A DNA stretch of 64,000 nucleotides, from positions 297,737-361,736 of the forward strand of contig NZ_JAYRLA010000001.1 in assembly GCF_041905455.1 (NCBI RefSeq), given 5' to 3'. Of this stretch, positions 50,102 through 61,721 are shown in pieces. Made by a program: the position numbers and the translations under genes. The first letter of the stretch is position 1; each line of letters starts with the position of its first letter. The notes beneath the pieces are model-generated. The model worked only from the letters and a program-made list of their open reading frames with translations, was not told the origin of the DNA and ran no database searches. Source of the stretch: Methylocella sp. Lineage in GTDB: Bacteria > Pseudomonadota > Alphaproteobacteria > Rhizobiales > Beijerinckiaceae.

Positions 50102-51057
50102 GGGAGGGCCGGCGCGTCTTCGGAGCGTCGGCGCGGCTCGTCGCGCCGCTTTCGGCTTCAGCCGGCTTCGCCTGGTCGCGGCCCGCGCGGGAGGCCGGGC
50201 GGCCGCGTCCGCGCCGTCCCCGCCGGGGCGCCGCCGCAAGGCTCGCCGCCGTCCTGTCGCGGCCGGGCGCGGGGCTCGCCTTCGCCGCCGTGCTGTTCGG
50301 CGCGGTCGGCGCCTATGGCGCGGCGCGCGGCGGCCATTACGACGCGATGGTGGCGGCCTACGGCCAGCCGTCCGACATCGCCGCGCGGGCGCTCGGCTTC
50401 GGCGTCGACCAGGTTACCGTCGTCGGCCGCAACGAGCTGACCGAGCAGGAGATCCTCGCCGCGGCCGACGTCGGCCCGCGCAACTCCCTTCCCTTTCTCG
50501 ACGTCGCCAAGGTGCGCCAGCGGCTCGTCGCATTGCCGCTCGTCCGGGAGGCGAGCGTCGCCAAGCTCTATCCCAACCGCCTCCTCGTCGAGATCGAGGA
50601 GCGCGAGCCCGCCGCGCTGTGGCAGAAGGACGGCGTCGTCCATCTCGTCGCCAAGGACGGCGCGCCGCTCGACCAGCTGCGCGACAAGCGCTTCACCGCG
50701 CTGCCGCTCGTCGTCGGCGAGGGCGCCGACCGGCGCATCGGCGAATATCGCGCGATCCTCGAGGCGGCGGGACCGCTCGCGGCCAGGGTGCGCGCGGGAA
50801 TCTACGTCTCCGGCCGGCGCTGGAATCTGAAGATGGCCGACGGCGTCGAGGTGATGCTGCCGGAGGCCGATCCGGCCGGCGCGGCGGCGACGCTCGCGCG
50901 GCTCGAGGCCGAGGCGCATCCGCTCGACAAGGCCGTGCTGTCGCTCGACCTGCGCCAGAGCGGGCGCGTCGTCGCGCGTCTGACCGAAGAGGCCGCCGCC
51001 GACCGCGCCGCGCTCGAGGCGGCCCGCAAGCCCAAGGCGAAAGGCGCCCAGCAATGA
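50068..51057 (+). CDS. ftsQ: Cell division protein FtsQ
   Basis: 329 aa. An Arg-rich N-terminus, one TM, then POTRA-like VTVVGRNELTEQEIL. 34-nt overlap with ddl, so the start is not certain. Confidence 0.8.
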   Translation: MDGRGRFLRSLGEGRRVFGASARLVAPLSASAGFAWSRPAREAGRPRPRRPRRGAAARLAAVLSRPGAGLAFAAVLFGAVGAYGAARGGHYDAMVAAYGQPSDIAARALGFGVDQVTVVGRNELTEQEILAAADVGPRNSLPFLDVAKVRQRLVALPLVREASVAKLYPNRLLVEIEEREPAALWQKDGVVHLVAKDGAPLDQLRDKRFTALPLVVGEGADRRIGEYRAILEAAGPLAARVRAGIYVSGRRWNLKMADGVEVMLPEADPAGAAATLARLEAEAHPLDKAVLSLDLRQSGRVVARLTEEAAADRAALEAARKPKAKGAQQ

Positions 51058-52364
51058 GCACGCATGTCATGACGCCGCGCCTGCGGCCGCTGTCCGAACG
51101 CAAGAGCGCGATCCTGTCGGCGCTCGACATCGGCACCTCGAAGATCGTGTGCCTCATCGCGCGGCTCGCGCCGGCGGGCGGCGAGGCGGGGCGCGGACGC
51201 ACCCACCGCTGCCGCATCCTCGGCATCGGCCACCAGCGCGCGCGCGGCGTCAAGGGCGGCGCCGTCGTCGACATGGACGCCGTCGAGGACGCCATCCGCC
51301 GCGCGGTCGACGCCGCCGAGCGCATGGCCGGCGTGCAGGTCGAGAGCGTCATCATCAACGGCACCGGCGGAAGGCTCGGCTCGCAGCTGTTCGAGGCGCA
51401 GGTCCCGATCGCGGGACGCGCCGTGTCGCAGGCCGACATCCATCGCGTGCTGGAGGCCTGCACGACGCGCGGCGGCGGCGCCGGGCGCGCCGTGCTGCAC
51501 TCGCTGCCGATCGGCTTCTCGATCGGCGAGACGCGGCAGATCGAAGACCCGCGCGGCATGATCGGCGACGAGCTCGGCGCGCAGATGCACGTGCTCTCCT
51601 GCGACGCGGCGGCGGCGCGCAACCTGATGCTCGCCGTCGAGCGCTGCCACCTGCGCGTCGACGCGATGGTCGCGACGCCCTACGCGGCGGGCCTGTCCGT
51701 GCTCGCCGACGACGAGGCCGAGCTCGGCGCGACGCTGATCGACATGGGCGGCGGCGCGACCACGGTCAGCGTCTTCTCCGGCGGCGCGCTGACCTACGTC
51801 GACGGCATCGCCCTCGGCGGCAATCACGTGACGACCGACGTCGCGCGCGGCCTCTCCATCCGCCTCGCCGACGCCGAGCGGCTCAAGACGCTCTACGGCG
51901 CGTGCCTCGCCACCGCCTCCGACGAGCGCGAGACGGTCAGCGTGACGCAGGTCGGCGAGGACGGCGAGCACCCGGCGCATCTGCCCAAGGCGCAGCTCAT
52001 CCAGATCATCAAGCCGCGCGTCGACGAGATCCTCGAGGTGGTGCGCGACCGGCTGAAGGGCGCGGGCTTCGCCCCGCACGCCGGGCGGCGCATCGTGCTG
52101 ACCGGCGGCGCGAGCCAGCTCGCCGGGCTGCCGGAGGCGGCCAAGCGCATCATGAGCGGCCAGATCCGGGTCGGACGCCCGGTCGGCGCGCAGGGAATGC
52201 CGGAATCGGCCAGGAACCCGGCCTTTTCGGCGGCGGTCGGCCTGCTCGTCTACCCGCAGGTGAGCGGCAACGAGCATTTCCGGCCCTCGCGCATTCCGGC
52301 GCCGGCGCCGGAGGCGCAGGGTTACATCGGCCGCGTCGGCCGGTGGCTCAAGAGCAGTTTCTGA
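51054..52364 (+). CDS. ftsA: Cell division protein FtsA
   Basis: ATG 51054 overlaps the ftsQ stop. LDIGTSKIVCLIA, IDMGGGATTVSVF, LTGGASQLAGL. Confidence 0.92.
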   Translation: MSTHVMTPRLRPLSERKSAILSALDIGTSKIVCLIARLAPAGGEAGRGRTHRCRILGIGHQRARGVKGGAVVDMDAVEDAIRRAVDAAERMAGVQVESVIINGTGGRLGSQLFEAQVPIAGRAVSQADIHRVLEACTTRGGGAGRAVLHSLPIGFSIGETRQIEDPRGMIGDELGAQMHVLSCDAAAARNLMLAVERCHLRVDAMVATPYAAGLSVLADDEAELGATLIDMGGGATTVSVFSGGALTYVDGIALGGNHVTTDVARGLSIRLADAERLKTLYGACLATASDERETVSVTQVGEDGEHPAHLPKAQLIQIIKPRVDEILEVVRDRLKGAGFAPHAGRRIVLTGGASQLAGLPEAAKRIMSGQIRVGRPVGAQGMPESARNPAFSAAVGLLVYPQVSGNEHFRPSRIPAPAPEAQGYIGRVGRWLKSSF

Positions 52365-52540
52365 TCAGGCGGGCCGGAGGCGGGGGACGCCGCGGGCGCA
52401 AGGTCTGGAAGGAAGGAGCCGCCGGGGCGGCTTCGGAAGAAGGAACGGCGGAGCGCGAGGTGGCGGCCTCGGGTTGCGTCCAGCGAAGCAACAATCTTGG
52501 GCGACCTTGACCGGCGCTCCAACGTCGAGAGGCCAGACGG

Positions 52541-54211
52541 ATGACCATCAATCTCAAAGCGCCCGAGCTCAGGGAGCTGAAGCCCCGCATCATGGTGTGC
52601 GGCGTCGGCGGCGCCGGCGGCAACGCCGTCAACAACATGATCGTGTCGGGACTGATCGGGGTCGATTTCATCGTCGCCAACACAGACGCCCAGGCGCTCA
52701 CCTCCTCGCGCGCCGAGCGCATCATCCAGATGGGCCTGCAGGTCACCGAAGGCCTCGGCGCCGGCTCGCAGCCGGAAGTCGGCCGCGCCGCCGCCGAGGA
52801 GGCGATCGAGGAGATCCGCGACCATCTGTCCGGCGCGCACATGTGCTTCGTCACCGCCGGCATGGGCGGCGGCACCGGCACGGGCGCGGCGCCGGTCATC
52901 GCGCGCGCCGCCCGCGACATGGGCATCCTCACCGTCGGCGTGGTCACCAAGCCGTTCCAGTTCGAGGGCTCGCGCCGGATGCGGCTCGCCGAGTCCGGCA
53001 TCACCGAGCTGCAGAAGGCGGTCGACACGCTCATCATCATCCCGAACCAGAACCTGTTCCGCATCGCCACGGAGAAGACGACCTTCGCCGACGCCTTCGC
53101 GATGGCCGACCAGGTGCTCTATTCGGGCGTCGCCTGCATCACCGACCTCATGGTCAAGGAAGGCCTCATCAACCTCGACTTCGCCGACGTGCGCGCCATC
53201 ATGCGCGAGATGGGCAAGGCGATGATGGGCACCGGCGAAGCCTCGGGCGACCGCCGCGCCATCCTCGCCGCCGAGGCCGCGATCGCCAATCCGCTGCTCG
53301 ACGAAGTCTCGATGAAGGGCGCGCGCGGCCTGCTCATCTCGATCACCGGCGGCAACGACCTCACGCTCTACGAGGTCGACGAGGCCGCCGGCCGCATCCG
53401 CCAGGAGGTGGATGAAGACGCCAACATCATCCTCGGCGCGACCTTCGACTCCTCGCTCGACGGCATTGTGCGCGTCTCGGTCGTCGCCACCGGCATCGAC
53501 CAGCCGGCGGGCTCGGGCGCCTATGAGATGAACGCGGCGGAAACCCGCATCGCCGAGGTCGCCAACCGGCTGCGCGCCCAGACCGGCGCGCGCCCGATCG
53601 AGGCCGTCCCGGCGCCGCAGGCCTACGAGCCCGCCCCCGCGCCGGAGGCCTTCGCCCCGGTCTATGAGGAGCGCGCTCCGCAGGCGCGGCCGCCGCAGCG
53701 CTACGCCGAGGTCCCCTCCTACGCCGAGGAGCCGCGCGGCTACGCCGAGCCGGCGCCGCAGCCCGCGCGCGCCTATCCGCAGGCGCATGCGCTGGCGCAG
53801 GACCAGTTCGACGCGCCCTTCATCCCGGCCGCTCCCGAGTCGCCGGTGGTGCGTCCGCAGCGCATGCCGCAGATCGACGACCTGCCGCTGCCGGCGCAGA
53901 ACCAGCTGCGCGCGCAGCGCGGCGAAGCTCCGGCGGGCGCCCATCCCGAGGCCAAGCGCCGCTCCCTGCTCGAGCGCCTCGCCTCCTTCGGCGCGAGCAA
54001 GCAGGATGAGGCGCCCGAGGCGGCCCAGCTCCGCCTGCCGCAGCCGCGTCCGCAGGCGCCGGCGCAGGCGGTCGGCGACTACGCCAAACGGCGCGAGCCG
54101 CCGCGCGAGCGCGCGCCCCAGCATGACCATCAGGCGCGGGTCTACCAGTCGCGCGGCGCGGAGGAGGACCAGCTCGAGATTCCGGCCTTCCTGCGCCGGC
54201 AGTCGAGCTGA
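52541..54211 (+). CDS. ftsZ: Cell division protein FtsZ with long disordered linker
   Basis: [27 protein letters not shown], a long Pro/Ala/Glu/Tyr-rich linker, and the C-terminal peptide [12 protein letters not shown]. Confidence 0.97.
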   Translation: MTINLKAPELRELKPRIMVCGVGGAGGNAVNNMIVSGLIGVDFIVANTDAQALTSSRAERIIQMGLQVTEGLGAGSQPEVGRAAAEEAIEEIRDHLSGAHMCFVTAGMGGGTGTGAAPVIARAARDMGILTVGVVTKPFQFEGSRRMRLAESGITELQKAVDTLIIIPNQNLFRIATEKTTFADAFAMADQVLYSGVACITDLMVKEGLINLDFADVRAIMREMGKAMMGTGEASGDRRAILAAEAAIANPLLDEVSMKGARGLLISITGGNDLTLYEVDEAAGRIRQEVDEDANIILGATFDSSLDGIVRVSVVATGIDQPAGSGAYEMNAAETRIAEVANRLRAQTGARPIEAVPAPQAYEPAPAPEAFAPVYEERAPQARPPQRYAEVPSYAEEPRGYAEPAPQPARAYPQAHALAQDQFDAPFIPAAPESPVVRPQRMPQIDDLPLPAQNQLRAQRGEAPAGAHPEAKRRSLLERLASFGASKQDEAPEAAQLRLPQPRPQAPAQAVGDYAKRREPPRERAPQHDHQARVYQSRGAEEDQLEIPAFLRRQSS

Positions 54212-54300
54212 CCGCGGGCGCGCCGCCCGCATGGCGAGCCGTCTCCCGCGCGGGCGGCGGCCCCGCCATACTAACGCCATCGTGACGCCGCAGATGCTTA

Positions 54301-54327
54301 TCCGCGCGGAACCGTCCGCGCGGATTT
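54301..54327 (+). terminator. Terminator-like hairpin after ftsZ (self-complementary TCCGCGCGGA twice, loop ACCG, then TTT)
   Basis: Read directly: 10-bp stem at 54301..54310 / 54315..54324 followed by TTTCAA. Confidence 0.6.
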
Positions 54328-54353
54328 CAACGGACGACGATCGGGCGATCCGC

Positions 54354-55268
54354 ATGACGCAGGCATTGAAGGCGCATCAATTTTCCAAGAAGGCGCGGCG
54401 TCAGGCCGGCGCCCTCCATGGCGCGGCCGTCGTCGCCGCCCTGGCCCTCGCCGGCGCGCCGGCCCGCGCGGACGTGCTCGACTCGCTGAACCCGATGAAC
54501 TGGTTCAAGGGCGACAGCTACAAGCCCGAGGTCCTGAAGGACACGCCGGCCGACGAGCTCTACAACCAGGGCCTCGTGCGGCTGAAGGCGCGCGACTATG
54601 AGGGCGCGGCCAAGTCCTTCAACCAGCTCGACAAGCAGTATCCCTATTCGCAGTGGCAGCGCAAAGGGCTGCTGATGGCGACCTTCGCCCAGTTCCAGTC
54701 GGGCGCCTATGAGGACGCGATCGGCTCGGCCAAGCGCTACATCGGGCTGTTCCCCAACGCCGACGACGTCGCCTACGCCTATTATCTGCAGGCGATGTCC
54801 TACTATAACCAGATCCCCGACGTCAGCCGCGACCAGGACCGCTCGGCCAAGGCCGCCGAGCTGTTCGCGACGATCGTCGAGAAATATCCGAAGTCGGAAT
54901 ATGTCGACGACGCCCGCTACAAGCTCCAGGTCTGCCGCGACCAGCTCGCCGGCAAGGAGATGATGATCGGGCGCTACTACCTGAACCAGCGCAATTACGT
55001 CGCCGCCGTCGGCCGCTTCCGCGAGGTGCTCGCCAAGTACCAGACGACCCGCCACGCCGAAGAGGCGCTGATGCGGCTCACCGAAGCCTATCTCGCGCTC
55101 GGCCTGCCCAACGAGGCGCAGACGGCCGCCGCGGTGCTCGGCCACAACTTCCCCGACTCGGTCTGGTACAAGGACGCCTACGCGCTCCTCAAGAACGGCG
55201 GGCTCGAGCCCAACGAGGACAAGGGCTCATGGATCTCGAAGGCGTTCAATAAGCTCGGCCTCGGCTGA
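54354..55268 (+). CDS. bamD: Outer membrane protein assembly factor BamD
   Basis: ATG 54354. Signal peptide and TPR-like repeats (ELYNQGLVRLKARDYEGAAKSFNQL...YPYSQW...YYLQAMSYY...RYYLNQRNYVAAVGRF). Confidence 0.85.
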   Translation: MTQALKAHQFSKKARRQAGALHGAAVVAALALAGAPARADVLDSLNPMNWFKGDSYKPEVLKDTPADELYNQGLVRLKARDYEGAAKSFNQLDKQYPYSQWQRKGLLMATFAQFQSGAYEDAIGSAKRYIGLFPNADDVAYAYYLQAMSYYNQIPDVSRDQDRSAKAAELFATIVEKYPKSEYVDDARYKLQVCRDQLAGKEMMIGRYYLNQRNYVAAVGRFREVLAKYQTTRHAEEALMRLTEAYLALGLPNEAQTAAAVLGHNFPDSVWYKDAYALLKNGGLEPNEDKGSWISKAFNKLGLG

Positions 55269-55344
55269 GCGGCCGGGCTTCTTGCGGCGGGCGCGGGCGT
55301 GAAAACGGCGCGCCGGCGCGGGCGGAAAATGCTATGACCGCGCC

Positions 55345-57006
55345 ATGCTCGTCCAGCTCTCCATCCGCAACATCGTCCTGATCGACCGGCTGGACGTCTC
55401 CTTTTCGCACGGCCTCACCGTGCTGACCGGCGAGACCGGCGCCGGCAAATCCATCCTTCTCGACTCCTTCTCGCTGGCGCTCGGCGCGCGCGGCGACGGC
55501 TCGCTCGTGCGCGCCGGCGAGGCGCAGGGGCAGGTCAGCGCCGTGTTCGACCTCGCCCCCGGCCACCCGGCGCTCGGGGCGGCCGAGGCGCAGGACATCG
55601 AGACCGACGGCGGGCTGATCCTGCGCCGCGTCCAGCTCGCCGACGGGCGCACGCGCGCCTTCGTCAACGACCAGCGCGTCACCAACGAGGCGCTGCGCGC
55701 GGTGACGAAAGCCCTCGTCGAGATCCACGGCCAGCACGACGACCGGGCGCTGATCGACCCCGCGACGCATCGCGCGCTCATCGACGCCTATGGCGGCCTC
55801 GAGCCGCAGCTTGCGCAAACCCGCGAGACCCATGCGCGCTGGCGGGCGCTCGTCGCCGAGCGCGCGCGCGAGGAGGCGCGCGTCGTCGCGGCGCGGGCCG
55901 AGGCCGACTATCTGCGCGCCGCGCATGAAGAGCTCGACAAGCTCGCGCCCGAGCCCGGCGAGGAGGAAGAGCTCGCCGGACGGCGCGCCGACATGATGCA
56001 GGCCGAGAAGGTCGCGGCCGACCTGCGCGACGCCTATGAGTCGGTCGGCGGCGATCATTCCCCCGTCGCCGCGCTCGCGGCCGCGCTGCGCCGGCTGCAG
56101 CGGCGCGAGGCGCAGGCGCCGCATCTGATCGAGCCGCCGGCGAAAGCGCTCGACGAGGCGATCACCGCGCTCGACGCCGCCGCCTCCGCCCTGCAGGAGG
56201 CGCTGCGCGCCGCCGACTACGATCCGCGCGAGCTGGAGGCGGTCGAGGAGCGCCTGTTTTCGCTGCGCGGGGCGAGCCGCAAATATTCCGTCCCCGTCGA
56301 GGGCCTGCCGGCGCTGGCGGAGAATTTCGCCGCCTCGCTCGAAGCGCTCGACGCCGGCGAGGCGCGGCTCGTCGCGCTGACCGGCGAGGCGGCCGAGGCG
56401 CAGGCGGGCTACGAGGCGGCGGCTAAAATCCTGTCTCAGGCTCGGCGCGAGGCGGCGCAGGCGCTCGACGCCGCCGTGAACGCCGAGCTCGCCCCGTTGA
56501 AGCTCGAAGGGGCGCAGTTCTCGACCATGATCCGCGACGAGCCCTGCGGCGCGGACGGGATCGACCAGGTCGAGTTCTGGGTGCGCACCAACCCCGGCGC
56601 GCGTCCCGGCCCGCTGATGAAGATCGCCTCGGGCGGCGAGCTCGCGCGCTTCATGCTGGCGCTGAAAGTCTCCCTCGCCGAGCGCGGCTCCGCCCCGACC
56701 CTCGTCTTCGACGAGATCGACACCGGCGTCGGCGGCGCGGTGGCCGACGCCATCGGCGAGCGGCTGGCCCGGCTCGGACGCCGGGCGCAGGTGCTCGCCG
56801 TGACCCATGCGCCGCAGGTCGCCGCCAAGGCGCAGAGCCATCTGCGCATCCTGAAGGCGCCGAGCGAGCCCGGCCGCGTGGCGACGCAGGTGTTCGAGCT
56901 GGAGCCGAAGGCGCGGCGCGAGGAGATCGCCCGCATGCTCGCCGGCGCCAGCGTGACGGAGGAGGCGCGCGCGGCGGCGGCGCGCCTGCTGCAGGGCGCG
57001 CAATAG
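55345..57006 (+). CDS. recN: DNA repair protein RecN
   Basis: 553 aa. N-terminal Walker A LTGETGAGKSILLD, a coiled-coil middle, and C-terminal SGGELARFMLALK and FDEIDTGVGG. Confidence 0.95.
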   Translation: MLVQLSIRNIVLIDRLDVSFSHGLTVLTGETGAGKSILLDSFSLALGARGDGSLVRAGEAQGQVSAVFDLAPGHPALGAAEAQDIETDGGLILRRVQLADGRTRAFVNDQRVTNEALRAVTKALVEIHGQHDDRALIDPATHRALIDAYGGLEPQLAQTRETHARWRALVAERAREEARVVAARAEADYLRAAHEELDKLAPEPGEEEELAGRRADMMQAEKVAADLRDAYESVGGDHSPVAALAAALRRLQRREAQAPHLIEPPAKALDEAITALDAAASALQEALRAADYDPRELEAVEERLFSLRGASRKYSVPVEGLPALAENFAASLEALDAGEARLVALTGEAAEAQAGYEAAAKILSQARREAAQALDAAVNAELAPLKLEGAQFSTMIRDEPCGADGIDQVEFWVRTNPGARPGPLMKIASGGELARFMLALKVSLAERGSAPTLVFDEIDTGVGGAVADAIGERLARLGRRAQVLAVTHAPQVAAKAQSHLRILKAPSEPGRVATQVFELEPKARREEIARMLAGASVTEEARAAAARLLQGAQ

Positions 57007-57172
57007 GCGCAGCGGCGCGTGCACGGGAACTTGAAACGGCGTCGCCGACGTGCGTTTCTAAGGCCGTATCGCAGCAATTTTTTGTGCCGCGTCATTCGGA
57101 ACGGCCGCAATCGGCGAAGCGGCGACGCGCTTTGTCGCCCGCGGGAAATTTGTTTCTCGAACGGAGGCGTTC

Positions 57173-58810
57173 ATGCGGCTTTGGCGCGCCAGATCAAATC
57201 ATGACAGCGAAACGCGGCGGAAAACCGCGCTTTTCCCGCGCCTTGCGTCGTTCGCCGCCGTCCTGGCCGTCGTATCGTGCCTCGGCGCACACCCGGCGGC
57301 GGCGTGGCCGCGATAGTTCGGGCCCTTCGCCTACGCCACCGCCGACGGCGGCGTCGCCGTTGTCGACATCGCCGCCCAGACCAAGACGGCGTCGATCCCG
57401 CTCGGCGATTGGAGCGGCCCGATCGCCGTGACGCGGGACGGGACCTCGATCTACGCCGGCTACAGGAAAGGGACCGCGGCGGCCGTCGCCGCGATCGACG
57501 CCGGCTCCAACGTCGTCAAGGCGCGCATCCGGGTGTCGGGAGCGCCGACGGCGATCTTCACCAACGCCAGGCGCAATTCGGTCTACATCGTTCACAAGAG
57601 CGGCGCGGCGGGCGCCGAGCGGACCGGCGTCGCGGTGATCGACGTCGCGACCAACGCGCTCGTCGCCGACATCGCGCTCGGGCGAGGCGATTTCGACGTC
57701 CGCGCGCCAAGCGACGGCGATTGGCTTGCGGTCCTGAACAAAAGCGCCGGAACGCTGGTCACGATCAACGCAAAGACCAACGCCGTCGTCGCTACGATCC
57801 CGCTCGGTGGCCTCGCGCGGGCGTTCGACGTCAGGCCGGACGGGCTGCAGGCGTTCGTTCTGCGGCGTCGCGACGACGGCGTGGCGGACATCGTAGTGGT
57901 CAATATTCCCGACGCGACGTTGTTCGGCAATATAGAAACCAATTTCGATCTGGACAAAGCGCCATTCGGCGTCGTTAAGGTCGATCCGATTGGAAACGGC
58001 GGCGCCGTCGTCGCGCCGGTCCCCTCCCGATACAATTCGGCGGCGACGATTTATTTTCCCGCGGCAGGATGGACCTATCCGCAAGCGGACTTGCCTCCGA
58101 TGTATGAGTCGGACGGACTTTGGGGGACGCTGTCCATAGTATTTTCTCCTTACGGCAATCCCATGTTTCAATTAGCTCCTGGCGCTGTCGCCGAACGTTT
58201 CAACTACGACCTTTTTGGCGGCGTGAATTTCGCCGGCCGCCCGGGCCAATCGGCGCTCACGCCCGACAACAGATATCTCTTTGTCCCGATAAGCAGCGAT
58301 CAGCCGGGGCGAACGGGCCTCGAAATGATCTGGGCGCAACCAATGTATAAAGACGGGGCCGTCATCCCCTTCACGTCGATCTCGGACGTCGCGATCGTCG
58401 AGCCGCAACTCGGCGCGCCATTCGAAAAATTGGCGATCGCCTATCTCGACATCGCCCATCGGGCCACGGCGGGCGAAGACCTATTCAATTTCTACGGCGA
58501 GGTCACGACTTACGCCTCATTCGATACGTTCCGACCTGATGTCAGGGGCATGACAGTGGAGGTCGGCGCCTTCAAAACGACGATCCCGTCAGGCAAATTC
58601 AAGAAGGCGTCCGATGGCTCCCACGTCTACAACGCGTGGGTCGACGGCGTCGTCTACAACGCCTATGTGAGGCCTCTAGGAAACTATAAGTACACCGCGC
58701 ATCTTCTGCTGCGGTACGCGCCGCTGCCACAGATCGCCAACCCGGCGCAGGTCCGCCTGTCGTTCGGCGTGCTTGGCGGCCTGCAGGCGACGATCGCCAC
58801 CATTCGCTAG
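57173..58810 (+). pseudogene. Secreted YVTN-type beta-propeller repeat protein interrupted by one in-frame TAG (57314..57316). The ORF track shows only 57428..58810.
   Basis: ATG 57173 with GGAGG 5 nt upstream encodes a signal peptide (...LASFAAVLAVVSCLGAHPAAAWPR). Then comes TAG, and the same frame continues FGPFAYATADGGVAVVDIAAQTKTASIPLGDWSGPIAVTRDGTSIY into the long ORF. Confidence 0.6.
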
Positions 58811-58856
58811 ATCCCGCCATTGGTCGTGCGGCGTTTGAACGCGGCTTTAACCGTGA

Positions 58857-61013
<2,157 letters not shown>

Positions 61014-61101
61014 AAGCCGCGCGGCGTTGAACGTCGCGCCGCGAACGCCTATCCTCCCTCTGGACGGCGTCGAGCCGCAGGAGACGGGGGAGACGAGGAA
61101 A

Positions 61102-61563
61102 ATGTCCGTCATCGCGCCGCCCTTCACCGCCGAGAGCGCGGCGAAGAAAGTCCGCCTCGCCGAGGACGGCTGGAACGGCCGCGACCCGGAAAAGGTCGCG
61201 CTCGCCTATACGCCGGACAGCCGCTGGCGCAACCGCGCCGAATTCATCGAGGGGCGCGCGGAGATCGTCGCCTTTCTCAGGCGCAAATGGGCGAAGGAGC
61301 TCGACTATCGCCTCATCAAGGAGCTGTGGGCCTGCGCCGGGGCGCGCATCGCCGTGCGCTACGCCTATGAATGGCGTGACGACAGCGGCGGCTGGTTCCG
61401 CTCCTACGGCAACGAGAACTGGGAGTTCGACGAAAGCGGCCTGATGCGCCGGCGCTTCTCCTCGATCAACGACCTGCCGATCAAGGAGGAGGAGCGCAAG
61501 TTCCGCTGGCCGCTCGGAAGGCGGCCCGACGATCATCCGGGCCTCTCCGATCTCGGCCTCTGA
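61102..61563 (+). CDS. DUF1348 / NTF2-like (SnoaL superfamily) protein
   Basis: ATG 61102. 153 aa. [51 protein letters not shown]...ENWEFD is typical of DUF1348. Confidence 0.75.
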   Translation: MSVIAPPFTAESAAKKVRLAEDGWNGRDPEKVALAYTPDSRWRNRAEFIEGRAEIVAFLRRKWAKELDYRLIKELWACAGARIAVRYAYEWRDDSGGWFRSYGNENWEFDESGLMRRRFSSINDLPIKEEERKFRWPLGRRPDDHPGLSDLGL

Positions 61564-61721
61564 GGCGAGCCTATCCCGGTCCGCCGGAGCGGGCCGGGGT
61601 CATGAAGCTCTCGCGCTTCGGCAGTTTCGGGACTGCCGCTCGAGCCGGTCGCGGAAGGCAGGGGGGATCCGTCGTGAGGGCGTCCTTGGCGCGCTTGCGG
61701 CCCGCAGGCGAGGCCATAAAG

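Noticed and set aside
55269-55344. Looked for an alphaproteobacterial SOS box (GTTC-N7-GTTC / GAAC-N7-GAAC) upstream of recN.
   Set aside because: None is present in the 76-nt gap. The nearest GTTC (in the bamD 3' end) is not followed by a second GTTC at N7.
57084-57431. 115-aa ORF (containing ATG 57201, MTAKRGGKPRFSRALRR...) and ORF 57277..57978 overlapping the start of the beta-propeller gene.
   Set aside because: Both are Arg/Pro/Ser-rich off-frame translations. The frame-2 reading gives a proper RBS, signal peptide and YVTN blade, and explains the region better.
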